A stretch of 63,972 nucleotides of DNA, the filler included, from Phoronis australis (taxonomy: Eukaryota > Animalia > Phoronida): NCBI GenBank assembly GCA_002633005.1. It is 7 parts of 7 records of this genome, joined end to end, with 100 filler letters (N's around TTAATTAATTAA, not from the genome) between each part and the next. Parts side by side here need not be neighbours in the genome. Positions count along the whole stretch, not along the records: positions 6,382 to 31,792 come from NMRA01001346.1; 6 more parts are not named here. One strand, given 5' to 3'. A program made the position numbers and the translations under genes. The notes below the pieces were generated by a model, which saw only the letters and a list, made by a program, of their open reading frames with translations, did not search any database and was not told the origin of the DNA. Shown here piece by piece: positions 13,084-28,000 of the stretch. Each line of letters begins with the position of its first letter. Position 1 is the stretch's first letter.

Positions 13084-16000
13084 CTGGTATTTTCATGAAT
13101 AAAACAGTCAACTGAAAAAGAAGCAATCTATTCCCATCATTAAAGTCTTGCAAGTTTGGAACCCTAAGCTAAGAACCCTGCTTGATGACTTAAATGAGTG
13201 AGACATAAGTGTTGGTCCCTTGGTGCTTGTGGCACTCAGTGGCTACCCCAGAAGTATTGTCAGTAATGACCTCGTATTTGAATCGTGAATAATGCGCAAA
13301 GTGGGAGTTGAGGCATGTCTGCAAGTCGGAGAAACTGTTGACATAAAAAGTTGAAAATTGAGAAGCAGTCAAATTTTTCGTACTTGAGTGCAATGTAAGA
13401 TCACTGTTTCTGGCGCCATTATTTCCACCCAAAATCTCCAGCATTTTGAATTGAACCTAAGACCACTGGAAGAAGATTCTCACATTTGTTGTTGTTCACT
13501 GTCAAATAGTTGACTTACCTTAATTATAGTGGATGGCTGGGTTTGGGTGAATTCACCAGATACTTTGAGGAATTCTGTAGAAGTTGCTGGCAAATCAACA
13601 AGCATGAGGTTGCTGGTCATTGCATCCCATGAGGATGGAATTTCATCACTGCCTCCTGTTAAGTGTAATAACAATACATGTACATACTGCTGGTCAGTCT
13701 CTTTTATAACAACTGTCTGTCAAAACAATCAATAGTTCAACATTGACATAAGGAGAAAATTAAAGCTATGTCGGCAGAATATCCAATGGACACCATATTA
13801 CCACTCTTTCGACACCGTGAGTAGACTTCCTTATGTCTGTACCTTGCTCACTTTGTTCAACATAACACAGTTCAGCCACAAACCCCAAGACCAAACTTCG
13901 GCCAGTTTGGGCGGAAGTTAGTTCAAGTAATCTGATTCAGTTTTCCGCCTGAACATTATCTATATCTTCACAAAAGTCCACTTATCTAGTTCTCCTGTAT
14001 ATTTATTTTCTTCAAAATGATGGCTTTCTGTTGCATAGTTGTATTGCAGTACAGTGACTGAGGAATCAGGAATTTTACGGTGTCAAAATTGCAAAAATCT
14101 GATTGAATGGCTGAGCTCTTTTGGCCCAAGTTGTGGAATGTGTAGCACGTTTCCCCAGCCCTCTTGTGCTGCACTGGATCATGAGCGGCGAGGCACTGAA
14201 ATAAGTGGGTCGAGCTATAGCCCCCAGCCCCCTATGTGGCAGCCCACAAGAGTGGTGGTTTGGGAGTGACAGTGTCAATTTTGCATGTTTGTTTTTTGGG
14301 AGTTTCTTCTTTTTTTGAATGAAAAGGGACAGTTAAGATGAGCGCCGAATTTTGTGACTGCATTTGGTTGACTTTGGCCGTCTACTAGGCTGAGACATCC
14401 GATTAGTCTGTAAGCTGGAAATTGCCATTGAGAATCAGATGTCTTTTCTGGTTGATCAGGCAAAGTCAATCAACTTGAAGTGCTAACTTTATCATGCTAA
14501 CTACAATCTTGGAAATCTACAAATTTCCATTTTTCATCAAAAGGGTAGGCCCTATCATTTCATTTACTTAAAAAGTTATGCTGGGCCCTATTACATCAGC
14601 CAAAACATTCAGAATTCCCTGAATTTTCATTTCAAGGTGTCTTAAAAGTGTTTGGACAGTGTGGATATTAATTCCAGCACTCACCTGTTGGGACTCTTTT
14701 GACTTTTGACACCGATGTGTTGTCAACAACTTCACGTTCTTCCATTTTGTCAAAAACAATTTCACATTTAATGCCGTCGTCTTCAAAACGCACAAACTTT
14801 TCCTCCTTTAGGAACGCCTGTTCAATAGCCAGATTTACTACCTTCGAATATGGTTCCCAAGAATCTGAAACCATGTCATGATTTATTTAGCGACAACAAC
14901 ATCAATAAATGTTAGTTAATGTAAGATCTTACAATTGTTTTGATTTAGACAAATACCCACCAAACAATAGATTCTGCAACTCGCCAATGACTCAAAACAC
15001 ACACATTTGAAAATGATTATTGATGTCGTGAATACACACCGGTCCTGTTGGATAAGCATTCATATGCACAGTAATCGGGGAAACTTCACCAATAGTCTTA
15101 ATACCAAAACAGTTATGTCATCATTGGTTGAAATTGTGAACAACATTTGGGACATTACTTTACGTATCACAACGTAGAACAGGCAACACATGCATACCCT
15201 CTTCCTGGCGCACCCATTGCACATGACTTCCTAGCACTTCAGCTTGGTCTTCCAACATGGCCCGCTGCTTGGCGGAATGTAGAATGTTCACAACTTCATT
15301 CTTTACTTTGAAAACGTTATCCGTTCTTCCTCGTATACGAATGCGGTTGACCCGTGCACTTTTCTCCACCTCTATTTTAACAGAGTGCCGATGTTCAAGT
15401 GATTCGATTGCTTTAACCTGCAACAAGGTCAAGGTTCATGTGACACCATCAACGCCAAAATAATAAGGCAACATTATATCATCAGATAAGAATTGTTACT
15501 TGAAAAACATGTGCCTAGTTTTGTTACTGCTGGAACTTGAATTGGTCTTGAAAACAACTGATTCATGTAATATTGGATTCCGTAATCAGCTGAATTACCT
15601 CTGTATCAGTCAGAATACGAATGGCGTCATAATCTTCCTTTTGATTTGCATCCATTACTTCATCGGTGGCTTCCTCTCTGCAGCACTCTTTGATCCTAGA
15701 TATAGCACTGTCGATGTCTTGGTCGTTTTCAGCATACAGCTGGAAATGTAGGTCCGAGGCAGACGGTACACTATATTTCGCCTCTTCTTCATTGGACTTC
15801 CCAGAAATGTAATCAAAAAATCCTGCAAAGAGTGAGAGAGAGATTGATATAAAAAAACATACATTGCTATACATGTATGACTGGGTGGCCATCGCGGGCA
15901 GTGTACGGGCCGCTAACACCTGCCCACGGAGTAACAATACAAGAGCAACGCAGAGCATTGAAATGCGCCCACAATTGCACCGCATACGGCATCCTTCTAG

Positions 16001-19000
16001 GGTTGTTTATTGGTACCATAAAGTGGCCAGTAGAGGGCATATATGTAGTATGTTGTACTTTGCAAAATGGAAAGGCATGCATGGTCATTGTCTCCTCAAT
16101 AGGCTAGGGGCAAAATGTGAGTGATCTTCATAATACAAGCACATCCTATGCATCAGTTGCTTAAATCACCACAGAAACAGAATTAAAAACAAATTTACCA
16201 ACATACGAGATTAGCACAGCATTAGAATGCAAGAAACAAATTTCTACTTGGAACTTTTCCTTCATAGTCACAAAGTAACACATTAAAGTATACACCTGAA
16301 GACCTATGAAAATACAGAGGTCAATGTAAAATACTAAAATTGCCACTAGAGGCATACCGGTAGTCAGAATCATCCTAAAGTCGTCATCGTCCGTTGTCAA
16401 CATCACATAAATATACTTGCTAAATTTAGTAAAGATCCTGCAAACGGTTTGGGAGATACAGCCATGGGCGCAAAAAAAAAACTGCCACTAGGAGGTGCCA
16501 CAGTAATCCGATCAAAGTCATGGGAAATTCAGCGTCAACTGTCCTCTTCATAGTAAGAAAATACAAATGCCAATTTTCACAATCATACTTATAGCGGTTT
16601 GGTTGATAGAGGGGTGGACGCACAAAAACAGACTCGAAAACATTTAAAATGGTCACTAGGTGGCACAAACTATGTCGAATCCATCTGAAAACGGGAGGAT
16701 AGCTTTATCTCACTAATAGGTGCCTACATACCAAATTTCATCCGTCCAAAAGTCGTCATCTTCTGTTGTTAACATCATATAAATATACTTACAAAATTTC
16801 GTAACGATCCTGTGAACGGTTTAGGAGATACAGCCATAGGCGCAAAAAAAAAAAACTGGGAGGCGCCAAAATGGTCGAAATCATCGGAAAATCATCGTCA
16901 ACCGTCCTCTACATGGTAAGCATATACACTGTGCATGCCAATTTTCACAATCATTCTTTGAGCGGTTTGGTTGATAGAGGGGTGGACGCACAAAAACTCG
17001 AAAACACTAAAAAATGGCCACTAGGTGGCGCAAACTATGTCGAATCCAACTGAAAACGCAGGATAGCGTCACCTAACTAATAGGTGCCTACATACCAAAT
17101 TTCATGAAAATCCGTTCAGGACTTGAAGATACAAAGGTAAGCGTAAAAAACTAAAATTGCCACAAGGGGGCACACCGGTAGTCGGATCCGTCCGCAAGTT
17201 CGCACATGCCGTCCCATTTATAAATGGAACGTATGTGCCAAATTTCATGAACATATGTCAAAGGGTTTTGGAGATAAAGCAGTAGACGCCGAACGGACGC
17301 CGCCCGTACGGACGGACGGAGATGACGGCATAATGCGTCCACATATAAATATGTGGGCGCATAAAAAAAACAATTATACTTAAGAAGAAAAACAAGGCTA
17401 ACGACAGAAAAAGTAAAAATATATTGAAAAAAAGCAATATAAAATTATTATAAATAAATGTTTTTTACAATGATTTGCACACAAAGACTCTGGATACAAG
17501 ACTAGTGAAACTGCAAATAAAGTGCATGCATAAGATGGAACACAGGTGATCATGGTTACTTCAATTAGAACATGCATAATGCTGAACTGAGAGCTGTTAG
17601 TGCTTAATATGTATTTTTTAAATAGATGCAGAACCCACGTAAGCTATGTGGGTCAATTTTGTCTGTTACATATCAATTTTGTCCTAGTAATAGGTATACA
17701 AACAGTAAAACGCAACTAACAAAAAAGCACAAAAAATACTAGGCATCAGTAACAAAAAAAAAACATGTGCCCCAACAATTTAAATATCAAAGGTTGGCAT
17801 TAGGTGGTAATCGGAGAAACAAACACGAGGGTGAAATCAATAAACAACTGATTATGAGTGAGAAACAACACAGTTATCCACTTTTAGAATGCAACAACAG
17901 AGATATGTGTATTGAAAGCTCCATTACTGACACCTTTTCAAATTTTATAACCTCCCACCCTGGCACCTTATCGAAAGAATGCTGGAAATAAAAATATGAC
18001 AGCTATATAAAGGTAGTTTCAGCTAAATGTCTATCTCACTAGTGTCTTTGATAGTCTGATATTATACTCGATTGCGTAACATGGCTTTCGCCTGATAAAT
18101 TACTTACGTCTTCCCAGGCTCTTCTGTCCCTGATTTCTAAACACACTATGCATCGCTTCCTTGTAAACTTTCACCATCTGTGACTGGTATATTACAACGT
18201 TTATTGAAAGCAAAACATTCAGTTCTGATGCTTTTTTCCCAATTGCTCCAAAGAGATTTCGAGCCTGCTCTTCTATTTTATCAGGCGAAGTAGCTGTAAT
18301 CAAAGTATTTGAAACTGGTACCTGCACACTATTAAATAGTTTGTGCTTTGTGTGACATCAAAGACATCTCAATGAGGAATATCTACAGTGGTTGTTGCCT
18401 CTTTGATCCACAGGGTATGACTTGGTTAAGGACTGAGATCATTGGATGTTATATTTCCCATCAGGGGTGATGGGAATGCACTAGGGGTAAGACTTAAATT
18501 AATGTGAAAAATATCGTCTCAGAAGGGCTTGACTATCCAGTCCATACATTCGACTAATGAGAGCAGTCATTCTATGCTTAGCGCCAAATCAATTTAAAAG
18601 ACTTTTCCACCTCAGCAGTTGCCTACACTGATAAATGAGGACATACCTGTACCAACAGCTGGCATACTCAAAGACATAAAACCACAAGAATTAGCAGTCC
18701 GTAATGCCTTCTTAACGGCCTCTGATGTTGACGTAGATTGGATATCAACATGGAGAATGTGTTTACATGGTAATCGACCTGCATTAGTGACTGCACATCC
18801 ATCAGTCAACATCCCTAAAAGTACGGGGATAGTAGGTTTGCATTACATGATTAAGACTACACACTAGTGAAAGAGTATGCAGTTTGTAATCACTTGAAGC
18901 ACAAAAGGCATCTTCTCTTTCTAGATTTTGACATCATGATAAAATGGTTACTTGTCACAACAGTGATGAAGCCTAGAATGGGATAAAGATGACGATAGTG

Positions 19001-22000
19001 ATGGACAATGATGATAACAGCAATGAGGTACTAAGGATGGTGGTGACGACAGCCATGACGACAATGACCATGGTTGGGGTGACAGCAATAATGATAATAA
19101 TCCACGGACTTGTGCTGGCAAATCATTGCAGACGATGATCGATAGATAAAATTGAATCTGAAATGTCATAAATGTCACAAGAATTCAACCGAACCGAAAA
19201 TAGTGTGAGCAAGTAGATATACAACTTGTGAACATCTCAAATGTAGGTTCTATAATGTATAAATATGCAGCTTTCAACAAACCCTGAATATTCAGTGTTT
19301 CAGCCAACTTAAATAAAAGTTATTATTTATAGCATCTTATCACACGATTGTAATGCATAAGAGTATCCATCAATCACTTTATAAGTATACCTTTCAGTCT
19401 TTTACACTCCTTGGCAATAGCAGAACCTCCAGCTTTCGCAATGGCACGGGATACCTCACCTGAAATCCAGGAGACCCTAATGAATGGAAGCACCTCAAAC
19501 ACGACAATTCCTTCTAGCAGATATTTCTCTAAACGAAAACAATGAATTAAACAGTAGTGACACATATGGGTAAATTTTAAACCTGAATAGAATTTTGTAA
19601 TTTTAGATGCCATTCGGCTAACTAGGAAGTTCTAGCAATTAACGCTTCTAGAAAAATAAGAAAACGTGAGTTTAATCATGCAAATGTAGGCTTGAAACGA
19701 CAGGTGAACATGCCCTTTCGTGTCATATTGCATCACCGTGATATCCCAGCAGACACAACAAAATGTGGTAACAGTTGAATTGAATAGGTGTTTGAATGGA
19801 ACACCAATGTGTGCGGGTGTAATCGCAGCTGTTTGAATTTAAAGATGATTCTTGCAGTGGCATGACAAAACAAACCAGTAAGCCTAATAGTTTATCAAAT
19901 TTGAGATTGATGTATGGCACTTAGGGACTCAAAGCGATCCCCATAACATATTGCAAGACCAAACTTACTAGTGTTCAAGATAGAGTTTAAGATAAGAGGC
20001 TAATTTTTTTACTTAAAAGTTAGACTAAAAAGTCAACCAGAATCAAAACACTAAATTTTATGTTTAACCTCATCGCTACCAACCATCATTTTTGCAGTGC
20101 TAGTGGTTAAGTGTAAGGGAACAATCTCAGGAGATAGACGGAAGTTTTACATACATGTACTTATGAACGGTTTCGGACACTTATCATCCATTCTCATGTT
20201 GTGATGCTGCATATGATGTCAGTGCCAGTGACTTACAGACAGAAAAACACCTGAACTTGGCTAGTGCTGGCTAGTATTGCATAAGGTCAGTCACAGACCA
20301 ACGAATTTCCTAATCACTCATAACCATAACCACTCACAATGAATCAAATTACTTGACAAGCCATACATGTTGGTGCAAGGAAATGTTTAATCTTACCAAC
20401 GGTCAAATCCAAATCATGATTAGTGGGATTCACTATTGCGTCCGTCATTTGTTTTGTTATGTCTCCCTGAAGAACGCGCACTAATAGGTGTCCAATTTTT
20501 GCACAATCTTTGTCCATGGAGATTTCTGGTTTGCTCGGTGTGCCAGCGCCTGGAAATAAAGCCAATGACTGAACTTTCCATGTATCTCTCACTCTCATTT
20601 CACCACATGGATGTGACTTGAATGAATATCGACACTTGTTGTCCTACAGACAACTGTACATATCCTGATGATGTCTTGTTGAATAAGACGAAACGTTGAG
20701 TTAACATGAACATGCGGCAATTGTCCGTTTTCTAATCGTACTTTGGCCAAAAAATGATGTGATGACTGAACTACCACTAGCCATTACGACCGAGAACAGC
20801 ACACAACTCCAAAGCCTCATTACGAGGGTCCACTATTATGAAAGTTAACAAAAAAAAAAAAACAGTTGGAAACGTACGTCTCAGTGACACATCTCAACAT
20901 TGAAAGCTGTTCTCGGCTGATCTGTCCAGACGTAAGAGTCCCTCATAAAAGAAGTAATAGAAGAAAACTTCCACTTGTGACAATTTAACCATGCACCAGA
21001 CAACAGAATTACCGGCCTTTTTACCTGACGGCTCTTCAATTACGTCTATCTGTTGGTTCCTTCGCTTAGCACGATCATGGCGTTTGGAAGTCTTGGGTTG
21101 GTTAGTCAATCGGGTTATTTCAGCTTCAAAGGCCTGAAACCGCCATTATCAACAATTAAATGCGTGAGTACTGCTGCAAACGACAAAGCAAACGGATACA
21201 TAATTTATACACGTTGGCCATGAGTTATAGGCGACACAAGGGTCATGAAATTACTACTCGGAGGTACAAGAGCATCAGTGTACGACTTGAGCTTGAGAAT
21301 ATAAGTCACGAAAAATGCTTGTACGAACCCGAAAAAACTAACCAAAAATTAATGAACAAAACATAAAAACAGTTGCATCATTTTTATAAAACTGAAGTTG
21401 AAATTGTTTCTACTTTAACAAAAACACTATATTTAATTATACAATACTGTCAGATAATTTTTTACTACTCGTGATAGCATTTATTGACCAAAAGCACACA
21501 AGTTTCACTGTGTCATTACTTAGTGTGTCAACGAACATGACCTTGACTACCTTGACAAAAATAACAGTAGCTAAGTTTATACTGTATATAGCTGTGCCCA
21601 TCTTACTGTACGAATTGGTGGAGTATCCAGCACTCAATGGTCTACTTTTTGACTGCTTCGTCAGGGTAAAAATGTTAGCAGCGTTGTATATTTTTAGTTC
21701 AATTGAATCGCAAGTGAAAGAAGCGTGGTAATATCTTACAAAAAGCGAAACGACAGAATAAGATAAGAGTAGATAAAGGACGCTTTATTTAACACTAATT
21801 ATGTAATACAAAACCACAACAAAATGAAGTTTGAAAGTTGTTGTTAAAGCCGGAACTTAAGTTGAAGTTGGAGTTAACTTTAAAGTCGAAACTCTCACCG
21901 GATAGAAATTACACCCCGGAGAGCATTCGAATTCACTGCCCAAGATTCCTGTTTTTAAGTACAATCAGCACTATGAATGTTCCAAAAATACGCTAATTTA

Positions 22001-25000
22001 GGGTTTAAAGTTTAAGGCAAAAACCAATAAAAATGTAAAATGCAATTTCGTCATCGAAAGTGTCAAATTTGGAATTTAGATAATAGACACCGCCTATACA
22101 CTAAGTAGGCCTGGCGCAGTTCCTGCAAAATTGTGACACGTTTATCTCACTACTCCTCCAATAGACAACATTTCCTTCACATTCTTATAATATAAGTCTC
22201 TTGTAACATTAAAGTCAGAGACCAGACAAGTCGTGAATTTACTGTCTGATGGCTCTCATCTTCCATCATTTTCATATGAACACCATTAAAAACGCCGGGG
22301 CCAGATCCTACAAGAGGTTTATGAACTACATGTATGTGTGTGGAGGCAATGTTCACTCTTACAGGGAGTTTGAGACGACAGATTGACCGATATCAAATTA
22401 GTACACAAATTTTTCATAGATTTCAACAAAATGCAACTCACCTGGCAAGTCGGCACATCCTTGTCATAAACGACTATTCGAATGTCTTTAAGATGAAGAG
22501 GAGACATTTCGCTGAACTTGCCAAACTCTTCAAACATCACTCGAGCAACAAAATCACGCGGATACCCAAGATTTCCCGTACCAATTGCTGGGAATGCAAT
22601 AGAGCCCAAGTTTTCTCGGTCAGCCTTTTTCAAACATCCACGAATGGTTTGTCGAAGAATCTAGTATGCAAAAATTAAACTATTACTAAATTCAGCTAAA
22701 TGTCAAACTTACTTTTATGTACTTGCAGCATTCTATTTGCGGCAGGTTGTGCATGCGCGCAGTGACTTCATACTCCGGGGTGGAATGTTTTCTGTTTTTT
22801 TAATGGTGCCATTCTAATGACTCATGATAACAACATGTAGTCATTTGAATGCTTAAATGACCGGGAAGAATCATCACTGGAAAATTGCGAACTTCAGGTA
22901 TACAGATTAGTTTCCCTGATTGTCATGTTGTACTAAACACTTACACATAACTTCCCTTCTCAGGCGACCGACCACTCGCATGTCAAACGGTTATCAAATG
23001 GTATTGGTTGACATGAATGAAGAATAAAAAACTCGATGACCCAAAACTCTAATATATTTCCATTAAGATACCTAATAAACTTTTCAGTCAAAAGTATGAC
23101 TTACACGTTCTGTCTGTGGTGTTCCAAATTGCAAGGCAGCTAAGTAGTATACCTTTTGGCACTTCAAGTTAAATCCCTTGGTATCTAAGACCTCTCCGTA
23201 TTTGATGCCATTCGGGTGTAGCCTACTGCACTCCTGTTGTAGCTGTGGCCCCGCATTTTTAAGCATGGAACTTGAGACAGCGCCATGAGAAAGATTCAGT
23301 TCAGTCCCGACTGTGTTGACCAATACGGCAGCCTGGAATGATAAATTTAGTTAAATTTTGTAATAAATTGATCAAATGACATGAATAACGTCATCACAAT
23401 GCCGTATCAACCTCAAGAACAAAACGATCTACTGAGTAGCCAACCAAATAGAACGAAAACAAGATTCCTAAAGATTATCTTTCACTAACTTCTATACCGT
23501 TTTCCATCATTTGTCCATTCGGTCACACTGCCGAACAATTGAAGTTGTGTACTTGTACTTAATAATTAGACCCGTTTACACAAAAGGAACGTTCCCATAC
23601 AAACGGTAAGAACAATTCCCTTTCCCTGCCTTCTACATTACACGCTCCCTTCTCTCTCCTGATCTCCCTCTCCCAGTCTGCCGAAATGACCCTTCAGTTC
23701 ATAAATGCACACTGCCATGCAGCCTACTTTCTCATCGGCAAGTTGTCCTTTTTTCATCTTGATAACTACGCCTGATTGGGTTGTTAATTCATTGGATGCA
23801 GACTTTTTGAATGTACTTGCTACTTCACTTGAGTTCGAAGAAAATTCTGAAAATTAAAAAACAATTACATAAAGCGCGAGACGAATATCAAAGAATTAGT
23901 ATGATGAATGTCTACAAGCGGACTCGGCATTATGAAAATAAAGAATATTAAGCTTACCTTCTGGCAAGTCCGGGACAACTTTAGTTCGCAAGGAGCTTGA
24001 TGGCATGTCGGACAGTCCGATTTCAGTGGTGACTGCATTGCAAAATTCTTGGACAATTCCATCTTGAGGGTCAACAAAATGAACTTCTTTTATACATGAT
24101 TGTGGATTAGACACAAAATAGTCAACAACTGCCCTGACAACAGTCTGAGTGGATAATTTCAGAGGCACACGAAATATACCGGCACCGACTGCTGGAATGG
24201 CCAACGAAGATAGACGTTTCTTTTCAGTTACTTCAAGGGCTCTCGAAATTCCTTCAAACAGGTAGTTCTCTTCGTTACTGTAACCTCCACTCCACAGGGG
24301 CCCCACTACATGGACAATGTTTCGACATGGAAGCTTTCCACTCCCCAAGATGGCGGCTCCACCTGTTAACAACTTACCATGCTGTTCAACCCATTTATCG
24401 CATTCATCTTGTATACTCTTCCCACCTAAACGGAACAAGTTGCAATGTCAGCACCAAAAGTAAAAGTGTGACAATTTCGTTTACTATGAAGAACTAATTT
24501 AAAGTTACTGGTGCCATTGAATGACGTGAATAAATATAAGACATGAGATAAATTAACGGTAATAAAGTAACTGAATAGATTGCAAAATAAAAACACATAG
24601 CTAACAGACAGATACCTTCTTTTAAGATGGCGCCAGCAAGTCCTCCGATGTTGCGGAGCTCTCCGTTGGCGGCATTAACAATCACATCCACCTTGTGCTT
24701 GGTCAAGTCGCCTTGAATCACCTTAAAGGTTTTTCCATTCTTCGAAACCTGCAACGCAGCGCGATTGTCGTTTTCGTCCAGCATTACAAACCCTGGTTCG
24801 ACTTCATCACGAGTACTTTGATCATTTACTACTTCAATTATACAATTGTTGTTGCTCTGAACACTTTCCAAGAAAGTTTTGCCCCGACCTTGACTGAAGA
24901 ATTCCGCCATTCCTGGCTCTGTTACATCATGGCCTCTGGAGCGAATTGTCGAGAGAAGCTCCTGCAGCTTTTTCTTTGCGAAACCAAGCCCCAACTTTGT

Positions 25001-28000
25001 TCCTCTTATAACCAAGAGTTCATTCTCCATCTCAATGGCCACAAAATACTTTTTAAGTGATTCTTGGAACTTGTGAATTTTGTTGCGTTTGTATTCAACA
25101 ATAAAGCGAAAGTGTCCACGACTCAAGGCGAAGTTGTCGTTGTAGATCGTGTTTTGGTCAATAAAATCTTGTACAACTTCGCAAACATTGGCAATGACAT
25201 GGCTTGTTCCCGCAACGACAAGGTGGGAGAAATCAGAACATTCGATAATTTCTAAACATCCCTTGTACCTTTCGAGTTGATCAGCCTTAATTTTTTGCCA
25301 ACTTGAACTCTTGAGGACGACAGTCGATTCTTTCTCAATAGGTATCTTGACTTCCTTGAGCTCCTGGCTCACAATTTTCGCAGCTTTTCTTGCAAATGTC
25401 TTGTTTGACGAACGCACTGTGATATCGTTATTTGTTTTACTCAAGGCAACAGTCAGTTTTTGTGAGTGGAATTGCGAATAAATGTAATCTTGACATTCGG
25501 GATTTTGTAGCAGATGACAAATGGCCGGAGTGGAACCAATAGTTTCTGAATCAAGGTTTCGAAGAATTTCGTACATCATAGTTTTTGCTTTGTTAACTTC
25601 GAGAGGGATTCCAGTAAACTGAATTACTGCATTTGTTAAATCGATTTTGCATTTACAACCGAATAAATCAACCCCGATTTCATGTAAGAAGCGCAGTTCG
25701 TAATCTTCCAGTTTAGTTACGGTTTCCGTCACTTCCCGAGATTTCCGATCGAATTCGTCTTCCAAATTTTGTTTCTCCTTGTTTACCTTTTTTGCCAGCG
25801 CTTCAACAGCTCTCTTCAATCCAATGATTCTGATGATGTGTTGACTATCACTTTTCTCCAAAACTGCCTCTTTTTCATAACCTTTCATGCTATCCGGAAG
25901 GGTTTTTACCAGATCATCCCAAATGTCTTGCAAAACGTTGATGTGCTCACTGCAGTACTTATCCAAAAAATTGTCAACAGCAGTCTTGATCATTTCCTCC
26001 CATGAATGCGGCAATTCCATAATTTGCACGGGGCTCGACAACTCGCAAGTCACAAGAAAACTGTCCACAGTGCAGGATTCCCACTTCAGCTTACCGTGGT
26101 GTCTTTGCAACTCACTTTCAAATAACTGACGACTATCCATCCTCGTGGAAATGAATTCGACAACAGCCTTATTAAGAGGCCCAACCAATACGTGCTCCGG
26201 TACACGGACAGCGGGTTGTGAAGCATCCTCTTCTGGGTGTCGGAATCCAAGTTTTTCATGATACTCACTCACTTTGACTTCGTGATTATTTATTTCGTGC
26301 TTTTTTATTTTGAGGACATTTGGAAGAACTGAAAAAGAAAATATCCGACTCATTTCAAGTATGTTTTTGCAACCACAATAGTTTGTTCTGTTGTTATATC
26401 AGTTCGGCAAAACAGGTTGATCACTGTCTCTTGATGAAATGGTAAATATAGCGAAATCACTAGAGAAACTAAAATTGACGGATGCTAGCAAACGTTTCGG
26501 CGTGGTCCGTCAGGACTTTGCTGACGACTAGAGAAACTGGAGAGTTTTCTGGCGTATGCTTGATAAGGATGTCACTCGGTAGAGGGAGATAATTGAAGAA
26601 CACATTCCCAATTCAAGAAGGGATTCTGGGTCCTGATTTGATAGATTCATTGATTTTACGTGCGTACCAGTTGTCCTCCTTACCAATAATATTGGCGGAG
26701 GCAAGAGAAATTAGTACTCAGTGGCCATGGTGTGCTGAACCACGGCAGTCAGTCTGTCGTATTCATTGTGTTCGTTAAACTGGGTTCCAAATGACTGGAC
26801 ATTCTGCCCCTCCAGATACTCCAGTCATCAATAAAGGCCTGGCAGACCAGGCCAGAACGTGTGCTACCATCCGTCAATTTAAATCTCTCAGTAAGTGATT
26901 TCGCCAAGGGGGCCATGGACCCTACTAAAGTTCTACCAGATACCATTTGGGAGTTTGGGTGCGCGCAAGCAGGGGCTCGTGGGGGGAGAATAAAGAACAC
27001 ATGCGTCCTGAACAAACTGAACAAACCCCGTTTACCTTTTTTTAGTCAACATGTCTGCAACCCCAAACATTTGAGGACTCTGCGTCCCCACATTTTAGGC
27101 TGGGCGCGCGCATGTCTCGAAATTCTGGTTATTCCCGTGCCCTGGCCCCCCTAACTAAAAATCCTGGATCCGCCCCTGTATTGGCGTTGGTTTTGACATA
27201 TTGATTTGATTTGACTTGGTAACCGTTGCTGGCTATAAAATTAGCCAATGACTAACAATTTGTTTTAATTACACCGATGAGCGCTATGATCGTTTTTGAG
27301 AGATACTTTGGAGTTCAGCCAGGGTATGGTTAAAATGGTTCACAAAGCAAGTACTCTGGTTACGGGCTAGCATTCTGCGTAGCTATGTTCAGTTCCACTT
27401 GATGAAGAACTTCGCCACGTTATGACTGGGGCTGCTGATGATGCTAAACTGTGCATTAAGAGCCGTTACACTGATGACCGAAAAAAGTTCAAGTAATAAT
27501 TATTTCCACACATGGGGCACTAGCTAGACTCTTCGTGGAACACAATTAAGTTCAAATTTTGTAAATCAAAGAGTTACTTTTGATAGCACAGATTTTTTTC
27601 AGAATGAACGAAACAGATTACACCAGTACTCTTTTCGACAGCATTTTGTATTGTTTCTAGCTATGGAATTGTTTATTTGTGAATGGCCTGACACCGTAAG
27701 TTGTGGCGATCTTAACAAAGTGCGTGGACCAACATCTGTCAAGATTTAGCCAGCATTGAAACGAATCCTAGATGAAAAAATGGATATTCAGTCACAAACT
27801 GTAGTCTCTCGAGTTTTGAATCGTTCAGTTAATTTTGAAAACCCCGACTGTTGTTGTGCTGACATGGTTGATTAGTTGCTGATAAGCGAATAGCTTTTCA
27901 AGTACCCCGTTAAATCTCATCTAACCATATACCCAATTATGGTGACAGTGGGTGTGAAGCGCTATAAATATATACCCAATTATGGTGACAGTGGGTGTGA

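Noticed and set aside
17933-17981. Extra PARP14 mini-exon
   Set aside because: It has a stop in the required phase, and the flanking exons already join in frame (SLGRR|FFDY).
24695-26268. Overlapping antisense and alternate-frame ORFs in the large PARP14 exon
   Set aside because: Shadow ORFs of a real coding exon with no recognisable motifs.
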